Shown: piece by piece, positions 24,507 through 34,737 of the stretch
Layout: the number at the start of each line of letters is the position of its first letter
Position numbering within the stretch: position 1 is the stretch's first letter
Source of the DNA: a virus
Lineage: Duplodnaviria > Caudoviricetes
Direction: 5' to 3' (one strand)
DNA length: 64,000 nucleotides
IMG/VR virus record: IMGVR_UViG_3300011883_000002
Coordinates: 1-64,000 of that record
Position numbers and translations under genes: made by a program
Notes under the pieces: model-generated
Database searches by the model: none
Seen by the model: the letters and a program-made list of their open reading frames with translations, nothing else
What the model was told of the DNA's origin: nothing

Positions 24507-26617
24507 TGGCAAGGGCAGGGGAAAGGCTTAAAATCGAGGTTCAAGGGATTGATTATATCACCCCACCAGTTCCTCCTTTACGGAGTATAAGGAACTACAA
24601 GACAGCAAAGGCTGATCAGGTTTGGGTGCGTGATGAGACGTATTTGCAGTGGTCATGGAATACTAAGCGGTTCGATGAGGAGAAGAATAGATTAAAGCTG
24701 TGGTGGGAAGACCCAGAGCCAGGTCAAATGGAATGGTATGAAGCGGAATTACATCGCATCCATAATGGCGACTGGATAATGATCAATGGAGAGCCGGTGT
24801 GGTTTAATAAATACTGCTACTTCTTCCATCAGTGGTTTATGCTTTTGGAACAAATCTATCCAATATTCAAAGACACGTCACTTGAGTACTTCAGATTTGT
24901 GGAGCTGTGTGAGAATGATCCGGGCGCGCTTGGAGATTGCGGTATCAAAGGTCGACGTGTGGGGCTTACATCCATGGCATCTTCTATTGATGTCTTGGTT
25001 GCAATTACAGAGAGTAATACCCTTCAAGGAATGGTGTCTAAAACAGGTACGGATGCTTATGAGATGTACTTGATGTGTAAAAACGGTATTGAGAATTTGC
25101 CTCAGTTCTTTATGCCGGAAATCAACAAAGTAACTGAGTCGGAAATCCATATTGCTAAACAGCAAAAGAAGATCAGTGCCAACAATAAAACTGTTACTGC
25201 TGACAAAGGCTTGAATAATCGTATCAACTGGCTTGACACTGCGGAAAACGCTTATGATGGTCGTAGGCTTCGTAGGGTTAAGGTGGATGAGGCAGCTAAA
25301 TTTGAAAAGGTGAATGTCCAGGTGTTGATTAATAAAATCAGTGACACCCTTGTGGTAGGTTCATCAATCGGTGGTTATATGTCTGTTTTCAGTACGGTTA
25401 ACAAAGGCGACAAGGGTGGTGATAACTTCCGTAAAATCTGGGATGGTTCTGACCATGTAAACGGTAAGAAGGATATGTTTGGCCGTACTCAAACGAAGTT
25501 GAAGCGTTTCTTTATAGCTGGTTTCAGGGGATTGTATGGTTACATTGACAAGTACGGTAATTCTGTTATTGACACACCTACACCGGAGCAATCGAAGTAT
25601 TTGGCGAGTGTAATAGATCCCTCTACCGGTAGACCTGCCTGTTTAAATCCTAACATTGGCGCAAGACAATTCTTGGAGGAGTCTCGCAAGATGCTTGCTC
25701 ACGATCCTGAGCTTTATGCGGAGCAGGTTCGTAAGTATCCATTTACTTGGGAAGAGGTGTTTAAAGGGGCGAATAATATGTGCCACTTCGACCTCGATGA
25801 GTTGAACAAGCAAATTGAATTAATTGAGGACGAACTAAGAGAAAAACAGATTAGTGAGAATGGCCGGAGAGTTACTTGGAAGGAGTCTCCTAACGGAGAT
25901 GCTTACTTCGTTGATGATCCCAAGGGTATTAGCTTCCTGCTGGAGATATTGCCTCCTGAGCAGGCTAATTTACGGCAGATGGTAGGCTCTACACTGGTTC
26001 CTATGCACACTGCTTACGGAGCTGCAGGCCTCGATCCATACGCCAACTCACAAAAGACTGCGGAACTGGGGTCCGATGCGTGTTTGATGATTCATTCAAG
26101 GTACAATCCGTTATTCCCAGATACTACAGGAATGCCGGTTGCCATGATCTTAGGCCGACTACCAACAAAGGACGACTTCTACAACCAGTGCAAACTTATG
26201 CTCCGGTATTACGGTATCGCTATGCTTGCGGAGCGTGCCCCGACGGACTGGGAGGATTACTTCATTCGTCACCACTTAGCCGATCCATTGGAAGTTAAAG
26301 AGGATAGAATGGGTTATTTACACACAACCTTGCGGACAGGCAAAACAGAAGTGTATGGCGTAGCACCACAGGATGCGAACCTTCGTGAAGCTCACCTGAC
26401 TTACATGAAGGAGTATGCTCGGAATAACATGCACAAGATTAAATTCCTTCGTCTTTTGAATGATATGCTGGCATTTAATCTAAAAGACAGGTTGTTGTAT
26501 GATGCCTGCCTTGCTTGGGGGTATGCGCTTATCGCTTTAAGCGTGACCGTAGACGAGCCAAAGGATCCGGAGAGAGAAGAACCCATGATCCAGACGTTCG
26601 ACTTATCAGCGGCCTAA
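24506..26617 (+). CDS. terL: terminase large subunit
   Basis: IKGRRVGLTS (Walker A region); VKVDEAAK (Walker B); GLDPY nuclease motif. Confidence 0.9.
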   Translation: MARAGERLKIEVQGIDYITPPVPPLRSIRNYKTAKADQVWVRDETYLQWSWNTKRFDEEKNRLKLWWEDPEPGQMEWYEAELHRIHNGDWIMINGEPVWFNKYCYFFHQWFMLLEQIYPIFKDTSLEYFRFVELCENDPGALGDCGIKGRRVGLTSMASSIDVLVAITESNTLQGMVSKTGTDAYEMYLMCKNGIENLPQFFMPEINKVTESEIHIAKQQKKISANNKTVTADKGLNNRINWLDTAENAYDGRRLRRVKVDEAAKFEKVNVQVLINKISDTLVVGSSIGGYMSVFSTVNKGDKGGDNFRKIWDGSDHVNGKKDMFGRTQTKLKRFFIAGFRGLYGYIDKYGNSVIDTPTPEQSKYLASVIDPSTGRPACLNPNIGARQFLEESRKMLAHDPELYAEQVRKYPFTWEEVFKGANNMCHFDLDELNKQIELIEDELREKQISENGRRVTWKESPNGDAYFVDDPKGISFLLEILPPEQANLRQMVGSTLVPMHTAYGAAGLDPYANSQKTAELGSDACLMIHSRYNPLFPDTTGMPVAMILGRLPTKDDFYNQCKLMLRYYGIAMLAERAPTDWEDYFIRHHLADPLEVKEDRMGYLHTTLRTGKTEVYGVAPQDANLREAHLTYMKEYARNNMHKIKFLRLLNDMLAFNLKDRLLYDACLAWGYALIALSVTVDEPKDPEREEPMIQTFDLSAA

Positions 26618-26636
26618 AAGTGACTTGTAAATCAAT

Positions 26637-26644
26637 TACATTTG
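26637..26644 (+). promoter_or_regulatory. -7 promoter box before portal
   Basis: TACATTTG. Confidence 0.65.
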
Positions 26645-26663
26645 TATAGTAAAATCCAAAAAG

Positions 26664-29048
26664 ATGTTCGACGAGAAAATTCAATACCATAGAGGGGTGC
26701 TTCCTTCGCCTCTTGCACCAAATTCTGTTAAGCTATCCAAAGAGTTTGGCGTAAACACAGCCAGGGCGATTTACAACTCCTTCGTGGAGGGAGATCAATC
26801 ATATTACCAGAAGCGTAATGCCACTTTCAAGTCGAACAGGGTTTTTGCCGCTGGTAAGCAGCCGATGGACTTATACTTGAAATTAATGAACATAGAGGAG
26901 AAATCTTCGTTTGTTAAACTTTCATACCACCCACGTCCTATTGCACCGAAGTTCAGGGATATTCTTGTGAACTCTATCATGCAGAAACTGGAGCGTGTGA
27001 AGTGCAAGGGGCTATCGCTGGAGATCAGTGAGCGAAAAGAGCAGAAGAAAAACGATGCGGCCTTCCGCATGAAGGAAAAGGATTATGTGTCGAAGTTGAA
27101 CCAGGAAGCAGGGATACCTTTTGAAGCTGAGGATGACTTTACACCTTCCAGCCAGGAGGAGCTTGATTTGTGGTCGCAGCTTAACGACGAGGAGTTTGAG
27201 GAGTTGTTGATGTCTGAGGGTATCAATTTTATCTTTTTAAACAACAACTGGAACGACATTCTTAAAAAGCAGATTGCAGAGAGTTTTGTGGATACCGGTA
27301 TGGCATTCGTAAAGAATAGCTTTGATCGGGGGAAGCGGATTGCCAACAAGGTTATCCGGCCAGAGCAGATGATCTACTCCAGTACAAGTTCCCTGACGTT
27401 TGATAAAGGGGCATACATTGGGCATTTGGAGCAGATGCAGGTTACGGACATTCGTATTTTATTCCCGGATATTTCAGAAGCGAAATTACACGCTATGTGT
27501 AAGCGGCACATGAATGACTTTGGAAATCCAGGTTATCTTGGAGATTGGAATAACACTTACGATTACGCACACCTAAGGCCTTATGACGGATTTGTTCTTG
27601 AGGTGATGTTCTACGAGTACAAGGCCACAAAATATATCACAGCGGTTGAAAGCTATGACCGGAACAATAAAAAGATCATTGAGTATGTAAAAGATACCTG
27701 GGGAGCTAACAGCGAGGTTGCTGCTGACAAGAAGGTTGTAAAGACGGCTATCCCTGCAATCTACGCAGGAGCTTGGATCGTGGGTTCTGACGATGTTTTG
27801 AAGTGGGGGGAACAAGATGATCAGCTACGGGATAACGAGAACGTAGAGGACCTTTCCTTCTCCTACGATGGGTATATGCTCAACAACGACGGTAGCATGA
27901 TCCCTACCTGCCCTATTATGGGTATGAAATCATCAATTATTCAGATGGACCTGGCGGTGCTTAAAATTCAACACCACATGGCGACTGTTGCTCCGGATGG
28001 GGATTTTATTGATGTTGATGCTGCGTCTGATATTGACTTGGGTGCAGGAGTCGGTAAGGTCGGCCCACTTGTATTGCTTAAAATCAAGCAGCAAACAGGT
28101 AACAGGTACTACTCCAGTCGGGGTATGAAGGGAGATCGTCGAAATCCACCGATTGAACAAGCATTAAACCAAATGGGGGATAAAATTTCCCAATTCATAA
28201 TGGTATATAATTTTGAGCTTGGGTGTCTGAAGGATTATATCGGGTTCAATGACGCTACTGATGGATCGGGTATTAATCCTCGTATGGGGGCCCAGGTAAT
28301 GAACAATCAGATACAGGCCTCAAATACTGCCACAGCTCACATCTACGGAGGTTATATCTATTTGTTTGGTAGAGTTGCCAGAGGGAATGGAATAAGGCTC
28401 TGGGATACGTTAAAAGAGGCTGATCCGAACGCTATGTACATGAGGATACTCGGACGTAAGAACGTTGACTTTATCCGTAAGCGCAAGGATTTGACTGCAA
28501 GCAACTACGATGTGAATGTTTCGATTGATATGTCTGACTCGGACAGACAATTCCTTGAGCAAAATATCAGTGTTTCTCTTCAGGCTGGTTTGATAAAGCT
28601 GGAGGATGCTGTGTTTGTTCGCAAGCTGACCAATCTTGACCTTGCAGCCAGGTATCTTACCTTCATTCAGAAGAAAAGGGAGAAAGAGGCTCACGAGCGT
28701 GAGATTGAGATGCAGAACAATGCACAGGAGAACCAGGGCCGGATCGTTGCTCAACAACAGCAGCAGCAGATGGAGATGAAAGCGGCTCAAGAGGAGGCTT
28801 CAATGAAGCAATTCCAAGAGAAATCAGCATTGGAACAATTTACTCAAGTTCAGAAGGGTATCTTTGATGCGTTGTTGAAGTCAATGGACCCTAACTCAAA
28901 AGCTATTCCGGCTTATATTCAGACATTGATTGATAAGCAGGTTCAGGATGATCTGGCCAGGGAAGAGCAGGAAGCACTCGCTGCAGAACAAGAGGCCGCT
29001 ATGCAGGCTGAACAAGAAGAAATGGAGGGACAGGCGGTGCCTGTTTAA
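26664..29048 (+). CDS. portal protein
   Basis: 794 aa after TerL; DGDFIDVDAASDIDLG motif; Q/E-rich helical C-terminus. Confidence 0.85.
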   Translation: MFDEKIQYHRGVLPSPLAPNSVKLSKEFGVNTARAIYNSFVEGDQSYYQKRNATFKSNRVFAAGKQPMDLYLKLMNIEEKSSFVKLSYHPRPIAPKFRDILVNSIMQKLERVKCKGLSLEISERKEQKKNDAAFRMKEKDYVSKLNQEAGIPFEAEDDFTPSSQEELDLWSQLNDEEFEELLMSEGINFIFLNNNWNDILKKQIAESFVDTGMAFVKNSFDRGKRIANKVIRPEQMIYSSTSSLTFDKGAYIGHLEQMQVTDIRILFPDISEAKLHAMCKRHMNDFGNPGYLGDWNNTYDYAHLRPYDGFVLEVMFYEYKATKYITAVESYDRNNKKIIEYVKDTWGANSEVAADKKVVKTAIPAIYAGAWIVGSDDVLKWGEQDDQLRDNENVEDLSFSYDGYMLNNDGSMIPTCPIMGMKSSIIQMDLAVLKIQHHMATVAPDGDFIDVDAASDIDLGAGVGKVGPLVLLKIKQQTGNRYYSSRGMKGDRRNPPIEQALNQMGDKISQFIMVYNFELGCLKDYIGFNDATDGSGINPRMGAQVMNNQIQASNTATAHIYGGYIYLFGRVARGNGIRLWDTLKEADPNAMYMRILGRKNVDFIRKRKDLTASNYDVNVSIDMSDSDRQFLEQNISVSLQAGLIKLEDAVFVRKLTNLDLAARYLTFIQKKREKEAHEREIEMQNNAQENQGRIVAQQQQQQMEMKAAQEEASMKQFQEKSALEQFTQVQKGIFDALLKSMDPNSKAIPAYIQTLIDKQVQDDLAREEQEALAAEQEAAMQAEQEEMEGQAVPV

Positions 29049-29072
29049 TATTTATAAATTAAAATTCAAATT

Positions 29073-30239
29073 ATGAGCGTACAAGAGAAAGAACTGGACC
29101 CTATGTTGGCTGCAACATACGGTGATGATTACCAAACAACTGGGATTGACCCTATCGAGCCTGAAGATGGGTTGGATCCAGATGATGATGATTTAGAACC
29201 TGAGGAACCGATTGTGGATGATGTTCCACCTGTCGATCCGGAAGCGGAACCTGCGATAGACCCGGAAGAAGATGATTTACCACCTGCAGCTGAGACTCCT
29301 GCTGAGCCGGAAGTTCCTGCTGAACCTGAGACACCGGAAGAGCCAGTAACACCTGCTACGCCTGCTCCAGTTGTTCCTACATTAACCAATGAAGCTCGTG
29401 CGTTGATCGAGAAGCTGAATGCTGGTGACGATAAGGAATTGTACGAGATGCTTAAAAAGAAGCATGGCTTTGCAGAAATGGGACCTGAGGATAAAATGGT
29501 GAATTATTTGGTCGCTACACGTCCCGAACTTGATGCGAACGACATCCATTTCCTTCTTGCTTCTGACTATGGTGTTGGTGCTACAGAGATCGATGAATAT
29601 GATTTGACTCCGGAGATGCAGGCTTCACTGAACAGACAAAAGTTGGCGAGAAAGACCTTGTTGCGCCAAGCGGAGACTTTTTTTGAAGAGCAAGCGTCAT
29701 CAGTAAAATTTCCGGAAGTGCCTGCGTTAACTGATGTTGATCCGGAATATAAGGCCTATTTGGAGTTTAAAGAAAAAGAATTAGCTTTACAACCACAAAG
29801 AGAAGCAGAAACTGCAAGACTGAAAGAGGTTGAGCAGACAACTCTTAAACAAGTAAATACGACTGCTACTGAAATTGATAAATTTTCCGTTGATGTTTCA
29901 CTGGAATTAGACAAGGGCAAGTTCGACCTGTCTACCGACTTTAAACTCAGCGACAAGATGAAGAAGCAATTAGCTGACTACACGGTTGAATACACGCCTA
30001 CTCAGGCAGAAATTCAACAGCACACCAAAGATGGCGAGTTTGACATGAAGGGGTACATGACACAGTTAGCGCAAAGATTGTTTTCACCGCAAATTCAGAA
30101 AGCACTTATTAAACAGGCCATTGTAAAAGACCGGGAACAGTTCATTTCGACTGAGCTTAAAAACTCTTCATTTGGAAGAGGAGAACGAGCCCAAGCAGAT
30201 GTGGAAGTTGATCCAACGGTAAGAGCAATGGGATTATAA
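29073..30239 (+). CDS. capsid scaffolding protein
   Basis: P/E/D-rich disordered N-terminus, helical remainder; between portal and MCP. Confidence 0.7.
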   Translation: MSVQEKELDPMLAATYGDDYQTTGIDPIEPEDGLDPDDDDLEPEEPIVDDVPPVDPEAEPAIDPEEDDLPPAAETPAEPEVPAEPETPEEPVTPATPAPVVPTLTNEARALIEKLNAGDDKELYEMLKKKHGFAEMGPEDKMVNYLVATRPELDANDIHFLLASDYGVGATEIDEYDLTPEMQASLNRQKLARKTLLRQAETFFEEQASSVKFPEVPALTDVDPEYKAYLEFKEKELALQPQREAETARLKEVEQTTLKQVNTTATEIDKFSVDVSLELDKGKFDLSTDFKLSDKMKKQLADYTVEYTPTQAEIQQHTKDGEFDMKGYMTQLAQRLFSPQIQKALIKQAIVKDREQFISTELKNSSFGRGERAQADVEVDPTVRAMGL

Positions 30240-30264
30240 ACCCCAAAAACACATTTAAAAGATC

Positions 30265-31650
30265 ATGGCAGTTAAAACTCCAAGCCACGTAGCGGTTAAT
30301 CCGTACGCAAATAGGCAAATCCTGACCGACTTAGGCCTTTTGAACCCTAAGTCTTACGACAAGTTCACTCAGTTGTACCCTGACTTGGTTCGCAAGAACT
30401 ATATCGTAACTCGTGAAGCACAAAACGCTCGTAACGGTGGTACAATCGGTGAATACACAAGAAACAAAGAATTCTGGCAATGGCAACAAAAAGGCAAGGA
30501 CGTTCCTTCCTTCAAGGTTACTGCGAATGCAACTGGTGCTTCTGCCGGTGCTAACGTGACTGTAACGGTTGCTGCTGCTTATCACCAAGCTAACGCTGCA
30601 GGTGCAGGTCAATACTCTCCCCCAGCTGCTGGTCACTACTACTACAATGACTCGAACGGTCAAGTGTTCCAAGTAGTTTCTAAAAACGAAGCTACTCCAG
30701 GTGCACACACTGTTGTCCTTCGCCCGACTGAGGCTTCTGTGATTGCCGACATCAAGGCTACTGACATCTTGATCTTCGACGTAACTGTTGTTGGTGAGGC
30801 TTCTGGTTCCCAAGAAGGTATCTACCGTGTTGACGAGAAGGTTCGTAACTGGTGTGCAACTATCAAAACCACTAAGAAGTTCTCTGACTGGAACTTGTTT
30901 GAAGAGGTTGATATGCCTGGCCCGATGAGCTCTTGGAAATGGAGACAAATGAAGGACGAAGTTGATTTATTCACTTATCAGCAAGAGCGTCTTTTGATGT
31001 TCGGTAGACCATTCACTAACATTGCTGGTGTAGAGAATATGCACACAGGCCTTATCCCAAGTGTAATTGCGAACGGACAAAAGGACACTGCATCTACTGA
31101 GGTGAACGATGCGTTCTTCGAGAACATCTCTCGTTTGACAGATGCTGAAGGTACTGCTGATACCTATGACTTCTTGATGCACAAAGAGCTTCGTATGAAA
31201 GCGGAGAACTTTATTGCTGGCAAATACACCAATGGTGCTATTGTTTACAAGAGACAAGGTGATGCGTATGAGGGTGATGGTATGGTGATCAACCGTAACT
31301 TCGCTGGTTATCAAATTCACGGTATCAACGTGAACTTCATGACTTACGACCACTTCAGCACAGCTAACATGGTTGGAGCTCCAGTTAACACTGGTCTTTA
31401 CAAAAATGCTGGTTTGCTTATCCCTCGTGGAAACGGTGTTGATCCAGGTAACGGTCAAGTGAAGTCTCGCTTCAATATCAGATGGCAAGGAATTAGTGAG
31501 TCTGGTCCGGCAATCCGTGTACGTTCTACCGGTGGTTTGGCTCCGACTCCTACTGATGACACTGAAAAGCTGGTTATTTCACACGTTGCAACAAAAGGTT
31601 TGCAGACGTTTGGCTTAAATGGTTACATTTGGATCCAGTTAGCTGCGTAG
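30265..31650 (+). CDS. major capsid protein
   Basis: Position; strongly biased codons; ERLLMFG motif; followed by terminator. Confidence 0.85.
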   Translation: MAVKTPSHVAVNPYANRQILTDLGLLNPKSYDKFTQLYPDLVRKNYIVTREAQNARNGGTIGEYTRNKEFWQWQQKGKDVPSFKVTANATGASAGANVTVTVAAAYHQANAAGAGQYSPPAAGHYYYNDSNGQVFQVVSKNEATPGAHTVVLRPTEASVIADIKATDILIFDVTVVGEASGSQEGIYRVDEKVRNWCATIKTTKKFSDWNLFEEVDMPGPMSSWKWRQMKDEVDLFTYQQERLLMFGRPFTNIAGVENMHTGLIPSVIANGQKDTASTEVNDAFFENISRLTDAEGTADTYDFLMHKELRMKAENFIAGKYTNGAIVYKRQGDAYEGDGMVINRNFAGYQIHGINVNFMTYDHFSTANMVGAPVNTGLYKNAGLLIPRGNGVDPGNGQVKSRFNIRWQGISESGPAIRVRSTGGLAPTPTDDTEKLVISHVATKGLQTFGLNGYIWIQLAA

Positions 31651-31668
31651 AATAAAAAACTCAATTTG

Positions 31669-31696
31669 AGGGCTGGCATGGTGTCAGCCCTTTTTT
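31669..31696 (+). terminator. intrinsic terminator after MCP
   Basis: AGGGCTGGCA/TGTCAGCCCT plus T tract. Confidence 0.85.
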
Positions 31697-31710
31697 AATT
31701 TAACAAGGTT

Positions 31711-32670
31711 ATGGAAGAACAAGCAGTAGTCGAAGAGAAAAAACTTACAGGTCTTGCAGCTTTTCACGAGAAGCAAAGACTGGAAAAAGAACAAAAGAAA
31801 CTTGAAGCTGAACAGCGGCAAGGGATTAAAATTGAAAAAGAAGCAATTCAGCTTGAGGGCAGTGTTCCTGCTGTCTCCGAGGAGATTCCGGCTTCAAAGG
31901 GATTTAAGGTAGATCCAACTAAAACCTATCACTTTGTATCTTGCGTGAAGTCAAGCACAGCTCGCAATGAGATGATCGGTAATACTTCAACGATCTTCGA
32001 TCCGGTTCTTAATAGAACTCGTAAGATTATGTACATCCCTTTTGCTGATACGATTTACGTGGATGAAATGGGAGATAGGTACAACGGCATTCAGCCAGCG
32101 GTTATCAGCATTTACAACAATCATTTGGATGTTCCTGGTACTGATGCTCGGTTGGTGGAATATCTACTGGCTCACGATCAGTATGAGGGGAATAAGAACC
32201 GTTTATCTCGATTACCGGCCCTATTCACTTTGCTTAATAAAGAGGACGTTGAAACGGGTAAGGAAGCTTTCTTCTCTGCGGAGTTAAGGGCTATGAATAT
32301 CATCAATGACACGGATATTAAGGATTTGCTGCCGGTGGCTCGTGTGGTGTTTAACATCATCGAGACAGATGCATTGAGTGTTAAAAACAGACTGAGAGAG
32401 TTTGGCAAAAAGGATCCATCCAAAATTATCACGAACATTGACAATCCTCGTGTAACCAGGGGTTATCTTATTCAGGCTGCGTTAGATCATGGTGTGCTTG
32501 AGGTTTTACCTGAGAAGAACAGTTTGGTTTGGGGCGGTACAGGGGTGTTTGTAACTGAGCTGCGTGCTGTGCGTGACGCTGAGGCTACTCTACGGGAGAT
32601 CACGGATTTCACCTTCACTAAAAAAGGTGGTGAGATATATGATATTCTCAGATTGAAAGTAAAAATTTAG
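31711..32670 (+). CDS. conserved virion-module protein of unknown function
   Basis: 319-aa ORF between MCP and tail genes. Confidence 0.7.
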   Translation: MEEQAVVEEKKLTGLAAFHEKQRLEKEQKKLEAEQRQGIKIEKEAIQLEGSVPAVSEEIPASKGFKVDPTKTYHFVSCVKSSTARNEMIGNTSTIFDPVLNRTRKIMYIPFADTIYVDEMGDRYNGIQPAVISIYNNHLDVPGTDARLVEYLLAHDQYEGNKNRLSRLPALFTLLNKEDVETGKEAFFSAELRAMNIINDTDIKDLLPVARVVFNIIETDALSVKNRLREFGKKDPSKIITNIDNPRVTRGYLIQAALDHGVLEVLPEKNSLVWGGTGVFVTELRAVRDAEATLREITDFTFTKKGGEIYDILRLKVKI

Positions 32671-32695
32671 TCTCTTCGTTACCCTCCATAGTTGG

Positions 32696-32748
32696 TGCGG
32701 GCTCCTTAGTTGGGGTCCGCATTTTTTGTTTGTATATAGGTATCTTTG
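32696..32748 (+). terminator. terminator immediately followed by -7 promoter box
   Basis: TGCGGGCTCC/GGGGTCCGCA plus T6; TATCTTTG at 32741-32748. Confidence 0.8.
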
Positions 32749-32751
32749 GGT

Positions 32752-33423
32752 ATGATCTCAGTAAAAGAAATTTACGACACCGTTCAGTCTCTTGCGCTCA
32801 AGCAAGGCCATGGGACAATAGCTATATCGGAGTTTGACAGGTTCGCTTCAATAGCTTCTAAGAGTTTATACAACCAAAAGATGGGGTTTGATTCTGATGA
32901 CTACAAACTAGGGAAAGTCCTTGCTAAGAGCGGCCCTGGAATGAATAAGGAAATCGACAAGTCATTATCTGTGTACCTGCAGCCCGATGTGGAGATTAAC
33001 CTGGCTAACGGAGAAGGACCATGGCCGGAGAGTTTGGGGTTCGTGGATTTAATTACTACTCCGGAAGGTGTGGAGGTTACTTGGAAACCAAAGCATTTGA
33101 TCCCGAGTTACATTAAAAGCACGATTGATCCTCCAACTGCAGACAATCCTATATACACAGATCGTGGGACTGGGGTTAAGGTTTACCCTGATTTACCTAA
33201 GGTGCTTGTGACGTACTATAAGATACCTACCGATGTCAAGTATGGCTACACCATTAATGAGTCTGGCAGGGCTGCTTATAGTGCCTCTGCTTCGGTTAAC
33301 TTCGAGTGGCCGGAAGGTAACAGGATGGAATTGATTACTCGGATATTGAGTCTTATTGGTATCAGCATTCGGGATACTGAGCTGTTCCAAATTTCAGAGG
33401 CTCAGAAAAACACATTAGCTTAA
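32752..33423 (+). CDS. head-tail adaptor / tail ring protein (probably leaderless)
   Basis: Position; ATG 3 nt after the -7 box; ORF-track TTG start lies inside the promoter. Confidence 0.55.
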   Translation: MISVKEIYDTVQSLALKQGHGTIAISEFDRFASIASKSLYNQKMGFDSDDYKLGKVLAKSGPGMNKEIDKSLSVYLQPDVEINLANGEGPWPESLGFVDLITTPEGVEVTWKPKHLIPSYIKSTIDPPTADNPIYTDRGTGVKVYPDLPKVLVTYYKIPTDVKYGYTINESGRAAYSASASVNFEWPEGNRMELITRILSLIGISIRDTELFQISEAQKNTLA

Positions 33424-33433
33424 TCATAATCAG

Positions 33434-34090
33434 ATGTTAAAGAAAAGGCGACAAATAGTAGAGGAGATCCGCACGGAAGCGTATGGCGGCATGCCTCCTG
33501 TAGATGCGAAATTCAGCGAGAACTTTGTTCTGTTGCGCTTCAATAGTAAGTTGGCGGCTAAGGCGAGGATAAACGCATTTGAACTGACAAACCTGGAGGG
33601 GATAACGTATGCGGATGATATGTTTTACGTCCGGTTTAAAGACCTTGAGGTTAAAGATGATTCAGACACCGGGTACAAGTTCGTGATTATTCCAGCGCAG
33701 CCTATAGGCTTACCACGTCAACGAGCTTTCACTTTGAGCTTACCAAAGAAAGGTCAGATTGGTGGTCGTGATTCTTCATTGTTTAAGATGATTGGCCGAC
33801 ATGAGGTAGATCGGATGAATTCGTTACCTGGGATGAACAAGGTCTACTGTTATGTTGAGGATGGGAAGATTTTCATGAAGCTCCCTAAGCGCATGAGAGG
33901 CCTTGATTTTGATAAGGTGAGTTTGTCTATCGCTACGGCTGATGGAGGGCTTGACAGCGACTTAAATGCACCTGCTGAGATGGTAGAGATTATATCTCGG
34001 GAACTCGTAAAAGAGTTGCGTGATGGTATCTTGGGAATGCCTCAGGATTTAAAAAATGACGGAATTGAAAGCTTAGAACCGAAAGCGTAA
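33434..34090 (+). CDS. tail ring / structural protein
   Basis: Position; similar size to neighbours. Confidence 0.5.
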   Translation: MLKKRRQIVEEIRTEAYGGMPPVDAKFSENFVLLRFNSKLAAKARINAFELTNLEGITYADDMFYVRFKDLEVKDDSDTGYKFVIIPAQPIGLPRQRAFTLSLPKKGQIGGRDSSLFKMIGRHEVDRMNSLPGMNKVYCYVEDGKIFMKLPKRMRGLDFDKVSLSIATADGGLDSDLNAPAEMVEIISRELVKELRDGILGMPQDLKNDGIESLEPKA

Positions 34091-34737
34091 TGGAAAATGA
34101 AAATGTAATAAAACTGGACGAGGTTGTAAATTTCTACCTCGATGCCTGGGAGTTGCCCGACGGACAGTACAGGCGTATTTCAGGTTTTGGTATCCGTGCT
34201 TTGCGAATTATCCATGAGCATGCTACCGCAGCTATTGTGATGGAGAAAATTGATGTGGAGCGTAATAGAACTGCCAGTTTCCCTAAGGGATGTTTGAATT
34301 TGTTGAGTGTCAGGGTTGGGAGTCCTTCGGGACCTGCTCTTGTGTTGGATAACGAACTTGGATTAAGGGAGGAGGACTGCGATCGTGAGAGAGATCATGT
34401 TGTTAGCTGTAATTTTTACGATCAAAGAAGAAAGTACCGTCTGAATAGTAGTGAGAGAACCATAACCTTCCACAGTAGTTTTGCTGCCAAGGGTGTTTAT
34501 GTTGAATACATCCCACTTTTAAAGAATGACGGAGAGTATGTCGTAGATCCGTCGTTTGTAGAGGCTATACTGGCGTTTATGGGTTGGCAGGATAAGCGCA
34601 GGACAGCATCTGACAGAGCTAAAAGTGAGGATGAGTGGTGGAACTGGTTGCGTATCGGCAGAAGGGCTAAGCAGCCGATCATCATTGAGCAAATTTTTGA
34701 GGACTACAAAAGGAACTTTAACATACTCACATCGTAA
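34090..34737 (+). CDS. tail ring / structural protein
   Basis: Position; coupled. Confidence 0.5.
   Translation: MENENVIKLDEVVNFYLDAWELPDGQYRRISGFGIRALRIIHEHATAAIVMEKIDVERNRTASFPKGCLNLLSVRVGSPSGPALVLDNELGLREEDCDRERDHVVSCNFYDQRRKYRLNSSERTITFHSSFAAKGVYVEYIPLLKNDGEYVVDPSFVEAILAFMGWQDKRRTASDRAKSEDEWWNWLRIGRRAKQPIIIEQIFEDYKRNFNILTS

Noticed and set aside
29129-31488. Long antisense ORFs over scaffold and MCP, and similar ones over other large genes
   Set aside because: Shadow ORFs from codon bias of the highly expressed plus-strand genes; no independent starts or motifs.
32722-32748. Terminator T-tract doubling as the -33 TTTG element
   Set aside because: Spacing to the -7 box is about 8-14 nt here and at 48117 and 57417, not the 19-21 nt consensus.
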